Of a stretch of 45,337 nt of DNA, positions 11,302 to 23,189 are shown in pieces (position 1 is the first letter of the stretch; each line of letters opens with the position of its first letter). The translations under genes and the position numbers were made by a program. The DNA comes from Octopus bimaculoides (taxonomy: Eukaryota): positions 32,207,699 through 32,253,035 of the forward strand of contig NC_068994.1 in NCBI RefSeq assembly GCF_001194135.2. The letters are read 5' to 3'. Under the pieces are notes generated by a model. That model made no database searches. It was not told where the DNA came from and saw only the letters and a list, made by a program, of their open reading frames with translations.

Positions 11302-12168
11302 NNNNNNNNNNNNNNNNNNNNNNNNNNNNNNNNNNNNNNNNNNNNNNNNNNNNNNNNNNNNNNNNNNNNNNNNNNNNNNNNNNNNNNNNNNNNNNNNNNN
11401 NNNNNNNNNNNNNNNNNNNNNNNNNNNNNNNNNNNNNNNNNNNNNNNNNNNNNNNNNNNNNNNNNNNNNNNNNNNNNNNNNNNNNNNNNNNNNNNNNNNN
11501 NNNNNNNNNNNNNNNNNNNNNNNNNNNNNNNNNNNNNNNNNNNNNNNNNNNNNNNNNNNNNNNNNNNNNNNNNNNNNNNNNNNNNNNNNNNNNNNNNNNN
11601 NNNNNNNNNNNNNNNNNNNNNNNNNNNNNNNNNNNNNNNNNNNNNNNNNNNNNNNNNNNNNNNNNNNNNNNNNNNNNNNNNNNNNNNNNNNNNNNNNNNN
11701 NNNNTAATGGTGGCAGCTGATGAAGGGGATGTTTCTATGTGGCCTGCATGTTTGTTGCACCTTGTTTACCATTTTGTCCTTGTTCTTTTGCCACGTCATG
11801 TACCCAGTTATGTATCTATATGTACATGTAGATGAACGTATATACATACATGTACATATATATGCATATACTCATATATTGTTTATATATATATATATTC
11901 CTTTCATCCTTCCTTTCCCTTCCTTTAATTCTTTTTACCCTTTTTAATTCTCCTTCCACTCTCTCTCTGCAACATTCCTGTATTTGCTTACCTCTACTCT
12001 CTCCATCATCATTTTCCTTCTCCTTTCTGCACGCCTTCTCCTATAACTTCTGTTTCGCGTTAGCAGCCCGTGTTATTCTGCGTCCATTATCAGTCGCAGC
12101 CAGTTTTTCAAACTGAGAGGATGTAAACTCTGTTTGACTTTTTTCTCTTTTTCTTCTCTTTTCTCTGC

Positions 12169-12201
12169 CCCCTGACGAAGGATTGAATCCGAAACGTAGG
12201 G
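12169..12201 (+). ncRNA. Minimal type-I hammerhead ribozyme with intact core (Penelope/retrozyme type)
   Basis: CCC-CTGACGA-A-GGAT-TGA-ATCC-GAA-ACGT-A-GGG: complete core, 4-bp helix II, palindromic helix III ACGT, GUA cleavage triplet (H17=12198), 3-bp C-G helix I. Confidence 0.75.
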
Positions 12202-12419
12202 TATTCCACTCCTCACAGCAAAGTTCTTTCGCTTTTTTTCTATATTTTTTCAAGTCTTGGCGACACAGAGCTACTAGATTATTGCCTGATTATTATATGT
12301 GTCTGTGTGTGAGTCGCAAAAACCACTTTATGTCTTTCTACTTCAGGTCATTTCAGCAATGTAACTACACACGTGCTGTTGGTGATTTCTTTTCCTCATT
12401 TGAACTTTTCCTTTTTTCC

Positions 12420-12452
12420 TTTCCAACGAAGGGCTATGCTCAAAACGTCAAA
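12420..12452 (+). ncRNA. Degenerate minimal hammerhead (three core substitutions)
   Basis: TTT-CCAACGA-A-GGGC-TAT-GCTC-AAA-ACGT-C-AAA: helices I, II and III are still pairable; core shows U4C, G5A and G12A (the last is CpG-type decay). Confidence 0.55.
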
Positions 12453-13206
12453 CTCTCTCTTCGTACCGAGCGCCAAGATGACTCATCCTTTGTGCACGTC
12501 CTCTTGTTGTCCGTTAATTTTATTATTTGTTTTAATAAATTGATTGTTTATTTGAATCGACTATATACATACATGCATACATGCATACATGCATACATGC
12601 ATACATGCATACATGCATACATGCATACATNNNNNNNNNNNNNNNNNNNNNNNNNNNNNNNNNNNNNNNNNNNNNNNNNNNNNNNNNNNNNNNNNNNNNN
12701 NNNNNNNNNNNNNNNNNNNNNNNNNNNNNNNNNNNNNNNNNNNNNNNNNNNNNNNNNNNNNNNNNNNNNNNNNNNNNNNNNNNNNNNNNNNNNNNNNNNN
12801 NNNNNNNNNNNNNNNNNNNNNNNNNNNNNNNNNNNNNNNNNNNNNNNNNNNNNNNNNNNNNNNNNNNNNNNNNNNNNNNNNNNNNNNNNNNNNNNNNNNN
12901 NNTTGAGTAAATATAAATTTAGTAAATGGAGTAAAACGCATATGTTAACTGCATACTTTTATTTCCAACATATGTTTCGAAGATTACAAATTATACCTTC
13001 CATAGGAATAGGTGATGTTGATAAGAATGTAATCTTCTCTTCAGGGAAATGCATGGGAACCAGCTTAAACGTAAGACATTTTAACCGAATATGAGAACTG
13101 TAGTTGGAGAAGGATGTTACGTAATTTATTTGAAAAAGCCGTTGGAGGTTTGGACGCTACTAGACAGAACGGCTTTTTCAAATATATATATATATATATA
13201 TTAACA

Positions 13207-13661
13207 TACGAGGGGGTGCCCAAAAGAACCAGAATTTTGCAAAATTATTTTATTCACTTAGTTTTACAGGTTTACACTTTTATCGCCTTCAAAGTATTCT
13301 CTGCTTGAAGCCATGTATCGCTCCAGACGCGTTTTCCACTTTTCGAACCAGAGCTGGAACACTAGCAAATTGATGCCTTTTAATGCCTCTCTCCTTTGCT
13401 TTCTTCACCTCTTCCACACCAGGAAATTGTGTAGTACAAGCTTTCGTCACCAGGGATGACTTCCGAACAAAAATCCGAATCAACTTCCATCTGTTCTTTA
13501 AGTTCACGACATGCATTCAGTCGTGACTGCTTTTGAACTTCTGTGAGCAAGCAAGGCACATATTTTGCTGCAGCTCTTTTCATTCGCAGTCTCTCGCTCA
13601 GAATTCGTTGGCAGGAGCGCAAGGACGCACCAATCATATCAGCAAGTTCGTCAATTGTTCA
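13207..13661 (-). mobile_element. Internally deleted mariner (DD34D) relic with 3' terminus
   Basis: TIDELADMIGASLRSCQRIL...AAKYVPCLLTEVQKQSRL...GDES and C-terminal WFEKWKTRLERYMASSREYFEGDK; terminus TA-CGAGGGGGTGCCCAAAAG at 13207. Confidence 0.85.
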
Positions 13662-14373
13662 GTAATGGTTCCCCAAGTGAGCAGCGACAGTAGAGGCAGC
13701 AACAACGAAGAGGAGGAGGATGACCAGCCAGAAGAGAGCAGCAGGAGCCACGCGTCACTCAAGGACAAGGCCCAGAATTTGGTCAAGACCCTGTTGGAGA
13801 TCTACTCCAAGAATTTGCTGACAGATGCTGCCTTCTTGGGTGAGCAAATGTTGGTGGACTTGTTCATCAAGTTCAACAAAGTCATTCCCTCCAGTGCTGC
13901 AGTGGAGAGTTTGTTCTGTATGAGCAAGGACATCTTGAGGGCCAAGAGATTATCCCTGTCTGATGAAAACTTTGACATACTAATTTTCATGAAGGGCAAC
14001 ATGCATCTCATGAACAAAATGGAGAACGAGAAGAAGAGGAAAAATTAAATTATCTATATATCGTGTATTTAATTTTTAATTTTCATTTTTCAACGATCAT
14101 TTTACCAATAAACTTTTTTTTAGTTTAATGTGTTTCATTTGAGTTTTTGTTTACTCTTTTCTGGCCCTAAAAGCCTTTAAAACCCTAAAAATGGGCCAAA
14201 ACTATGAAATCAACCTTTTTTTTAGGTCTTTTAAAAGTTAAAACTATGAAATCAGTATTATTTTTTTTTAACTCTAAAGAAAAAATAGTATAGTTTTTAG
14301 GTTCTAAAGCCCTTTAAAAGGCTCAAAAAGGCTGATCTTATAGTTTTGGCACTCTTTTAAGGGTGTTTTTAGG
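13662..14373 (+). mobile_element. hAT transposase C-terminal dimerisation region plus 3' subterminal sequence
   Basis: LFIKFNKVIPSSAAVESLFCMSKDILRAKRLSLSDENFDILIFMKGN, stop at 14046-14048; repeated AAAACTATGAAATCA at 14198 and 14240. Confidence 0.8.
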
Positions 14374-15169
14374 NNNNNNNNNNNNNNNNNNNNNNNNNNN
14401 NNNNNNNNNNNNNNNNNNNNNNNNNNNNNNNNNNNNNNNNNNNNNNNNNNNNNNNNNNNNNNNNNNNNNNNNNNNNNNNNNNNNNNNNNNNNNNNNNNNN
14501 NNNNNNNNNNNNNNNNNNNNNNNNNNNNNNNNNNNNNNNNNNNNNNNNNNNNNNNNNNNNNNNNNNNNNNNNNNNNNNNNNNNNNNNNNNNNNNNNNNNN
14601 NNNNNNNNNNNNNNNNNNNNNNNNNNNNNNNNNNNNNNNNNNNNNNNNNNNNNNNNNNNNNNNNNNNNNNNNNNNNNNNNNNNNNNNNNNNNNNNNNNNN
14701 NNNNNNNNNAAAAAAAAAAAAAAAAGCAATACACATGTAAAGGAAAAAATCAGCAATGCCTGTGAAAAGTTTCAAGTCCAATAAGGCTTGCACGGCACCT
14801 CTACTGAGATTATCCAGAAACAAGCCGAGGTAAGATGTCTGGTGCCATTATGAGTTGCAGGCGCAGGGATGTGGGCGCGCCATGATCTTAAGTATAAATA
14901 AAAGATCCCCAAAATGTCCAGTGTCATTCTCTGCATATCTGGTTTTATATCAGAGCAGCCTTCTCCTAGAGATATGCTTCAACAAGAGTTATGGGGCGCC
15001 TCACTCGCAATGGTGTTCCAGCACGCAGGAAACCATCCCGGAATTTCTGCATGTCCGTGCTATTGCTAGACAGTCGTTGAACCTACACTAGGTTCATCCA
15101 GCCTTTTAACAGGTCTTGTTTTTAGTCCTACTAGGTTTCTAGCAACCCCCACGCACCAGGCTAGCCTGG

Positions 15170-15268
15170 TGGGGATCCCCGTTTAGTCGCCAATAATCCG
15201 ACCATACAACAGGTTGAACTGGGTTCCATGTTACCAATAACACTCATGAGAACCTCACAAGTGACCTG

Positions 15269-15302
<34 letters not shown>

Positions 15303-15500
15303 GCACACACACACACCCACACACCCACACTCACACAGGTATACATACATACAACAAGCTTCTTTCTGTTTTTATCTATCGAATCCACTCACAAAGCTTT
15401 GGTCGGCCAGGGGCTATGGTAGAAGATACTTGTCCAGCTTACCTCTCATTATGACCGAACCCAAAGCCACAAGGTTGGAAAGTAAACTTCTTAACCATAC
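15170..15500 (-). mobile_element. tRNA-derived SINE with an internal (CA)n microsatellite
   Basis: CTCACAAAGCTTTGGTCGGCC...CTATGGTAGAAGATACTTGTCC is the reverse complement of the body seen at 35200-35245. Confidence 0.75.
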
Positions 15501-15695
15501 ACACACACACGCGCACACACATACACACACGCGCATACATGTACACACACATATATACACACATCCATATAGACACACACATACACATTTGCACACAAAC
15601 ACAAACATGTATACACACATATAATACATACATGTACGCAGGTATGCATACATGTCATACACATATATACACATGTATAATAAATATTTACATAC

Positions 15696-15757
<62 letters not shown>

Positions 15758-15795
15758 TTATACATATACATATATATATATGTATGTAGTATGTA

Positions 15796-15839
<44 letters not shown>

Positions 15840-15860
15840 TCTATATACACACACAGCTGC
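15500..15860. repeat. CA/TA/TACA microsatellite mosaic
   Basis: Directly visible. Confidence 0.9.
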
Positions 15861-16264
15861 ACGCAAAGCCAATCAGAAAGTCGTAGCAACTGTATAGAGA
15901 CGTTGTATAATTCTACAGATTTCTACAGAATTCTACAGAAGTAGAGAAATAAGGCAGAAAAGAAAAGAAAAGTAAAATAAATATGTAAATAATATGAAAT
16001 AAAATAAACAAAATCTTAGAAAACATATGAATGCTTTCTTAGAACAATATTTTCTATACAGATTGGCAGCTTGAAAAACTTTGGTAAATTCTGTTAGCTC
16101 CAAAAAAGATAGAATACATTGAAAGACAGCATGTGGAAGAATGGCCAGCAAAATAGGCATTAGAATGGAATAAAGAAATGAATGTAGGAAGGATGTGCGG
16201 GGAAAAGGTAGCGGCGGGAAAGAAGAATCTAGAAAGAAAGAAGCCAGCATATAACAAATGTACC

Positions 16265-16329
<65 letters not shown>

Positions 16330-16429
16330 ATATGTATATATGTATGCATACGCACATACACGTATATTTATATGTGTTATATGTCCCTCAATTCAATTTT
16401 AACATTTCAATACGGTGTTAAAATAAGTT

Positions 16430-16432
<3 letters not shown>

Positions 16433-16479
<47 letters not shown>

Positions 16480-16480
16480 G

Positions 16481-16514
<34 letters not shown>

Positions 16515-16515
16515 G
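16433..16515. repeat. (GA)n microsatellite
   Basis: Directly visible. Confidence 0.95.
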
Positions 16516-16999
16516 AAGGAATGAGAGAAAGAGAGTTTGAGACGAAAGTGATGAATACAGCAGAGAAATAGCAATACATACATACACCCACACATATATA
16601 TGTATATGAATATACTTATGCATATATTTATATATATGGATGTATGAATATTTATATATGTATGTATGTATTTGTATGGATATAAATACATATATAAGCA
16701 TACGAACGAACGTGCATATGTATATGTATGTACACACGCACACCCACGCACGCACACATACACACACATATCTTACAAGCATACGGACAGATATAGATGT
16801 AAACATGCATGCATACATATTCACATGCACTGACGCACTTACACGCACGTACACTCACATTCGCACCCGCACTCTCACCCACAGCTGCACTCTCCCCCCT
16901 CCATAGTAGTGGTGACGCGGTGCCTTAAATATGGCGCTTTGGAAATGAAGCGTTTTGTCTTTTTTTATTTCTGTAAACTAATTTACATATATCTACAAG

Positions 17000-17035
<36 letters not shown>

Positions 17036-17687
17036 NNNNNNNNNNNNNNNNNNNNNNNNNNNNNNNNNNNNNNNNNNNNNNNNNNNNNNNNNNNNNNNNN
17101 NNNNNNNNNNNNNNNNNNNNNNNNNNNNNNNNNNNNNNNNNNNNNNNNNNNNNNNNNNNNNNNNNNNNNNNNNNNNNNNNNNNNNNNNNNNNNNNNNNNN
17201 NNNNNNNNNNNNNNNNNNNNNNNNNNNNNNNNNNNNNNNNNNNNNNNNNNNNNNNNNNNNNNNNNNNNNNNNNNNNNNNNNNNNNNNNNNNNNNNNNNNN
17301 NNNNNNNNNNNNNNNNNNNNNNNNNNNNNNNNNNNNNNNNNNNNNNNNNNNNNNNNNNNNNNNNNNNNNNNNNNNNNNNNNNNNNNNNNNNNNNNNNNNN
17401 NNNNNNNNNNNNNNNNNNNNNNNNNNNNNNNNNNNNNNNNNNNNNNNNNNNNNNNNNNNNNNNNNNNNNNNNNNNNNNNNNNNNNNNNNNNNNNNNNNNN
17501 NNNNNNNNNNNNNNNNNNNNNNNNNNNNNNNNNNNNNNNNNNNNNNNNNNNNNNNNNNNNNNNNNNNNNNNNNNNNNNNNNNNNNNNNNNNNNNNNNNNN
17601 NNNNNNNNNNNNNNNNNNNNNNNNNNNNNNNNNNNNCTTGTGAGTAAGTTTCGTAGTCGGAAACTATGTGGAAGCTCGCCATATACA

Positions 17688-17744
<57 letters not shown>

Positions 17745-17755
17745 GTCTGCCTGCC

Positions 17756-17810
<55 letters not shown>

Positions 17811-17835
17811 ATGTATGTATGTATGTATGTCTGTC
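17688..17835. repeat. (TATC)n(TGTC)n(TATG)n compound microsatellite
   Basis: Directly visible. Confidence 0.95.
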
Positions 17836-17837
17836 TG

Positions 17838-18125
17838 TGTGTGGCTTAGTGGTCAGAGTATTCGGCTTAGGATCGTAAGGTCGTGTGTTCGATTCCCGGC
17901 GGAGCGCTGTGTCCTTGTGCAAGACTTTATTTCACGTTGCTCCAAACCATTCAGCTAGCAACAATGAATTGTACCTGTATTTCAAAGGGCCAGCCTTGTC
18001 ACACTCTATATCATGCTGAATCTCCCTGAGAACTACGTTAAGGGTACGCGTATCTACGGAGTTTTCACCTACTTGTCCGTTAATTCCACGAGCAAGTTAT
18101 TACGTTGATCGGGTCAACTGGAACA
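17838..18125 (+). mobile_element. tRNA-derived SINE (TGTGTCCTTGAGCAAGACACTTTATTTCACG-type body)
   Basis: A-box TGGCTTAGTGG, B-box GTTCGATTCC; 3' half is shared with 23738-23920 and 29400-29750. Confidence 0.85.
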
Positions 18126-18497
18126 TGCACTGTGGTTCAATGGCGGAAATAAGTATAAAGGATTTAGTTGGTCGAAATTTCTCGGATCACTAAGTTTCGC
18201 TTTATGATACCAAACCATTTTCCCTTTTCGAAAAAAATATGGAAAAGAATATTGAAAAGAAGGCAAAAATGGCTAAGACTACGAAAAATTGTACATGAGC
18301 GTATACAGGGCATTTGAGCAAGATTTGATAATTTTTCGTGTCTCCTTGTTTTTTTCCCCCCCAGGAACAGCTTGATGCTTTGGTGAACAGTCAACAGCGT
18401 TGGAGAGCATAAAGATTAAATCTATAGTTGAGAAAAAGTTAGGTGACACGGAGGACTGACAGTCATCTGAATATTGGAAAAGAATTACTTGTATTAT

Positions 18498-18526
18498 AGG
18501 AGGCGCAATAGCCCAGTGGTTAGGGC
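18498..18526 (+). mobile_element. SINE head cut by a gap
   Basis: GGAGGCGCAATAGCCCAGTGGTTAGGGC matches the head of the 23738-24122 SINE. Confidence 0.7.
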
Positions 18527-19189
18527 NNNNNNNNNNAGTCTGGGTACATGCAGATTAACACATACTTTAAGAAATTATTATTCCTTATATTTAATTGTTT
18601 ATGTTATGATTTACTCCATGTACCCACACTTTGTGGACACTCTGTACATATGTTCATGTGTATGTATATGTGCGTGTGTGTGTGATAGATAAATATGGTG
18701 TAGATAGAATTTCATCAAAAACATTTTTGTCTAAAACATTTTTGCTCAGTAATACGTTGGTCTAATAATGCTTTGGATTTACTATTTAACGGAAGTATAA
18801 CCGAAAAGGCCAAAAACGTTTACTACAGAAGCTTTACATTAACATTGCTACCAACAGCTGTTTTATAACTCCCAGTTTTCTAGAACATAGGGTTAGGATA
18901 AGAAGAGCTGACTTGAGATATAATTAAGCATTATTCCTGTAAAACAGAGAACCAATATTCAGCTGAGTAATTCTTTTTTGACATTTGTTCTTCCATTTAC
19001 AAAGTTTTCTGAGACATAAATTAATAACTCCAGTCGCACGTCAGTCAGCTTTAAAGATTTAATTCACGTAGACTAACCTTGCCGAGTTTGTTTACATTGT
19101 GCTATAACTACTTCCAGCCTCTTAACTCTTAATCCAGCCATTATACAGATCTTGTAATCTGTCTTCCTACCCTTCTACGTAACTACATT

Positions 19190-19190
19190 C

Positions 19191-19265
<75 letters not shown>

Positions 19266-19340
19266 CCTATCTATCTATCTATCTATCTATCTATTCTATC
19301 TATCTATTCTATCTGTCTGTCTGTCTGTCTATCTATTCTA

Positions 19341-19395
<55 letters not shown>

Positions 19396-19428
19396 GTCTA
19401 TTCAATCTGTCTGTCTGTCTGTTTGCCT

Positions 19429-19527
<99 letters not shown>

Positions 19528-19890
19528 TCTATCTGTCTGTCTGTCGGTCTATCTATTCTATCTGTCTGTCTGTCTGTCTATCTATTCTATCTGTCTGTCT
19601 GTCTGTCTGTCTGTCTGCCTGCCTACCTACCTGTCTGTCTGTCTGTCTGTCTTTCGTCCGTCCGTTTATCTGCCTGTCTGTCTATCTATACACACTCGCG
19701 TGCACGAGTATGCACACAAACACACACAAATGTATATATGTGTGTGTTTGCATGTGTGTGCGCGCGTGCGCGTTTGTGTATGTTTATGCATGCATGTATG
19801 TACGTATATATATGTATGTATGTATGCATGCATGCATGTATGTATGTATGCATGCATGTATGTATGTATGTATGTATGTATGTATGTATA
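19190..19890. repeat. Long (TCTA)n/(TCTG)n/(TATG)n compound microsatellite
   Basis: Directly visible; it generates the SVCL/SIYL pseudo-ORFs. Confidence 0.95.
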
Positions 19891-21417
19891 ACCAGTTCTG
19901 CTGCCATCATTCTTCAAATATTCTTTTTTTGGTTCAGGAACAAGGTTTTGATTTTGATATCTTCGTTGCTGAAACCAACACTGACGGATCTCTGACAATA
20001 AAAGTTAATTTTTTAGAAATTTCATTTGCGTGTATTTGTGTGTACGTGTGGATATTCGTATGTATGTATTTGTGTGTGTACGACGAGTATGTGTGTTTAT
20101 GTTTAATATGTGTGTGTGTGTGTGTGTGCGTGTGTGCAAGAATGTATGTGTGCACGAATGTGTGTATGAGTGTGTGTGTGTCTGTATGTGTGTGTGTCTG
20201 TATGTGTGTGTGTGTCTATTTCCAACTAATCATTACTATCGCTACGACCACCACCATCATCGTCTCCACCAAGAACAGTACTACTTACACCACCACTACG
20301 ACCACAGTCATCATCATTACCAAGAACACTACCATCACCACCATCATCATCATCATAATCTTCCTCCTCCTCCTCTTCCTCCTCCTCCTCATCATCATCA
20401 TTATCATCACCACCGCCGCCTCCGCCGCATCGCTTCTGCTNNNNNNNNNNNNNNNNNNNNNNNNNNNNNNNNNNNNNNNNNNNNNNNNNNNNNNNNNNNN
20501 NNNNNNNNNNNNNNNNNNNNNNNNNNNNNNNNNNNNNNNNNNNNNNNNNNNNNNNNNNNNNNNNNNNNNNNNNNNNNNNNNNNNNNNNNNNNNNNNNNNN
20601 NNNNNNNNNNNNNNNNNNNNNNNNNNNNNNNNNNNNNNNNNNNNNNNNNNNNNNNNNNNNNNNNNNNNNNNNNNNNNNNNNNNNNNNNNNNNNNNNNNNN
20701 NNNNNNNNNNNNNNNNNNNNNNNNNNNNNNNNNNNNNNNNNNNNNNNNNNNNNNNNNNNNNNNNNNNNNNNNNNNNNNNNNNNNNNNNNNNNNNNNNNNN
20801 NNNNNNNNNNNNNNNNNNNNNNNNNNNNNNNNNNNNNNNNNNNNNNNNNNNNNNNNNNNNNNNNNNNNNNNNNNNNNNNNNNNNNNNNNNNNNNNNNNNN
20901 NNNNNNNNNNNNNNNNNNNNNNNNNNNNNNNNNNNNNNNNNNNNNNNNNNNNNNNNNNNNNNNNNNNNNNNNNNNNNNNNNNNNNNNNNNNNNNNNNNNN
21001 NNNNNNNNNNNNNNNNNNNNNNNNNNNNNNNNNNNNNNNNNNNNNNNNNNNNNNNNNNNNNNNNNNNNNNNNNNNNNNNNNNNNNNNNNNNNNNNNNNNN
21101 NNNNNNNNNNNNNNNNNNNNNNNNNNNNNNNNNNNNNNNNNNNNNNNNNNNNNNNNNNNNNNNNNNNNNNNNNNNNNNNNNNNNNNNNNNNNNNNNNNNN
21201 NNNNNNNNNNNNNNNNNNNNNNNNNNNNNNNNNNNNNNNNNNNNNNNNNNNNNNNNNNNNNNCCACCACCACCACTACTACTACCACCACTACTACTACC
21301 ACTACTACTACTACCACTACTACTACTACTACTGTTGCTGCTTCTTCATACAGATATGTTTGTATATGTGTGTGTATCTATCTATCTGTTTGTCTGTCTG
21401 TCTGTCTGCCTGCCTGG

Positions 21418-21449
<32 letters not shown>

Positions 21450-21794
21450 ATATCTATCTGTCTGTCTATATAGTAAAGTTAATTTGCCAACATACTGTGG
21501 CAGTCCTGAATAGGACTATGCTACTACTTTTTAACCCCAGGAAAGCATCTTTTCCAGCTGGCTTATCGGCACATGATCTGTGTCGAGATATACTATAAGT
21601 GTGTTTACACACACACACACACGCGCGTTTTTTGTGATGTCCTGTACCCATATATGCATGTATGTATGCATATAGATGTAGGCATGTACATATATGTATG
21701 GATATATGCATGTATTTATATATTAATTTATTTATGTGTTTCAGCCAAGTGGCTGCGTTATTATTATTTACGTTATTATAAATTTATTTTTTCT

Positions 21795-21843
21795 GTCTCC
21801 GATGAAGGGAAGTGGTGGATCTTCCCAGAAACAGCTGTAAGAC
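21795..21843 (+). ncRNA. Minimal hammerhead motif with one core substitution
   Basis: GTCT-CCGATGA-A-GGGAAG-TGGTGGAT-CTTCCC-A-GAA-ACAGCTGT-A-AGAC: 4-bp helix I, 6-bp helix II, perfect palindromic helix III; U4C and an A-A mismatch at 10.1/11.1. Confidence 0.6.
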
Positions 21844-22332
21844 TCTATCCATAAAATTCTTCAACCTTACCTTTGCTCTCTTTATCCTTTTGTTTTTATA
21901 TATTTACATATACACACGCTAATACACGACTTATAATACCCAATCCTGTTCATACAACGATTGGGGCAAACTAATCGGTATACAGCACTTACTCGGTATT
22001 ACCTGTATCCTCCGGGGTTTGGTTAAATCCAATACCCTCCTCAACCTTATATATATATATATATATATATATNNNNNNNNNNNNNNNNNNNNNNNNNNNN
22101 NNNNNNNNNNNNNNNNNNNNNNNNNNNNNNNNNNNNNNNNNNNNNNNNNNNNNNNNNNNNNNNNNNNNNNNNNNNNNNNNNNNNNNNNNNNNNNNNNNNN
22201 NNNNNNNNNNNNNNNNNNNNNNNNNNNNNNNNNNNNNNNNNNNNNNNNNNNNNNNNNNNNNNNNNNNNNNNNNNNNNNNNNNNNNNNNNNNNNNNNNNNN
22301 NNNNNNNNNNNNNNNNNNNNNNNNNNNNNNNN

Positions 22333-22364
<32 letters not shown>

Positions 22365-22370
<6 letters not shown>

Positions 22371-22800
22371 CGTTATCAATAAAATTGAACTGGTCGAAGA
22401 AAGTTGTCTTAAATGATCGCGACGTTAAATGGATGATTCTGCTAAATACTGTCACAATGTTGTGAAAAGATGATAGTCAGATGGTTTAAGGCCAGGAGAG
22501 TAAGGAAGACGAGGTAAAACATCCATATATGGTGCCATAATCTTTCTCTCAGTGATATGGACATCATGTGGTCTTGCATCATCATAATATAAGAGTAACA
22601 CCCATTTACGACTGACCAATGAGGCATACATTTTCTGCAACTTTTTGTGCAATGCAATTGGTGCAATTCGTTACAATTGCGGGCAACATTTCTCCGCATG
22701 AGTTGTTTCGTTTTCGTTTAACACTTCATTATAGACGTCACGCTTCATGCCTTACCAAACTCAGTGCATAACATTTTTCGAGTGTAGTCCTGATTTGGGA
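22365..22800 (-). mobile_element. Mariner transposase catalytic-domain relic
   Basis: LVSRKWVLLLYYDDARPH...VLPRLPYSPGLKPSDYHLF is a decayed version of HDNARPH...HPPYSPDLAPSDYHLF. Confidence 0.85.
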
Positions 22801-22879
22801 CAGAAAAAAAAAGACCGAACGCATAACACCGTTCTTTTTAACATGCATATATAAATTTATCCTTTTGTTTCTTTAATCT

Positions 22880-22935
22880 TTTGTTTGTTTCAGTCATTTG
22901 ACTGCAGCCATGCTGGAGCACCGCCTTGAAGGGTT
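22880..22935 (-). mobile_element. SINE 3' fragment
   Basis: GTTTCAGTCATTTGACTGCAGCCATGCTGGAGCACCGCCTT is the reverse complement of the repeat at 36225-36270. Confidence 0.7.
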
Positions 22936-22937
22936 TC

Positions 22938-22988
<51 letters not shown>

Positions 22989-23189
22989 AAATAAAAGAGG
23001 CTCTAGTATGATACATATTATTAACTACATATACTTCATGTATATGCTTTGTGCATTTTCCCGTGCGTGTAATAAGCGTGGCGGAGTATGTACACCCAGC
23101 GCTTTGAGACTGTATGTACTCCACCACACTATTGCAGCCACCAGAAAATACACAAGGCATATATGTACATTACGTAAAGTAGATCCTCT

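Noticed and set aside
11717-11760. CTGATGAAGGGG half-motif
   Set aside because: No downstream GAAA or helix III; at most part of the same terminal repeat as 12169.
15908-15940. (A/T)TTCTACAGA 11-mer x3
   Set aside because: Ordinary short slippage duplication.
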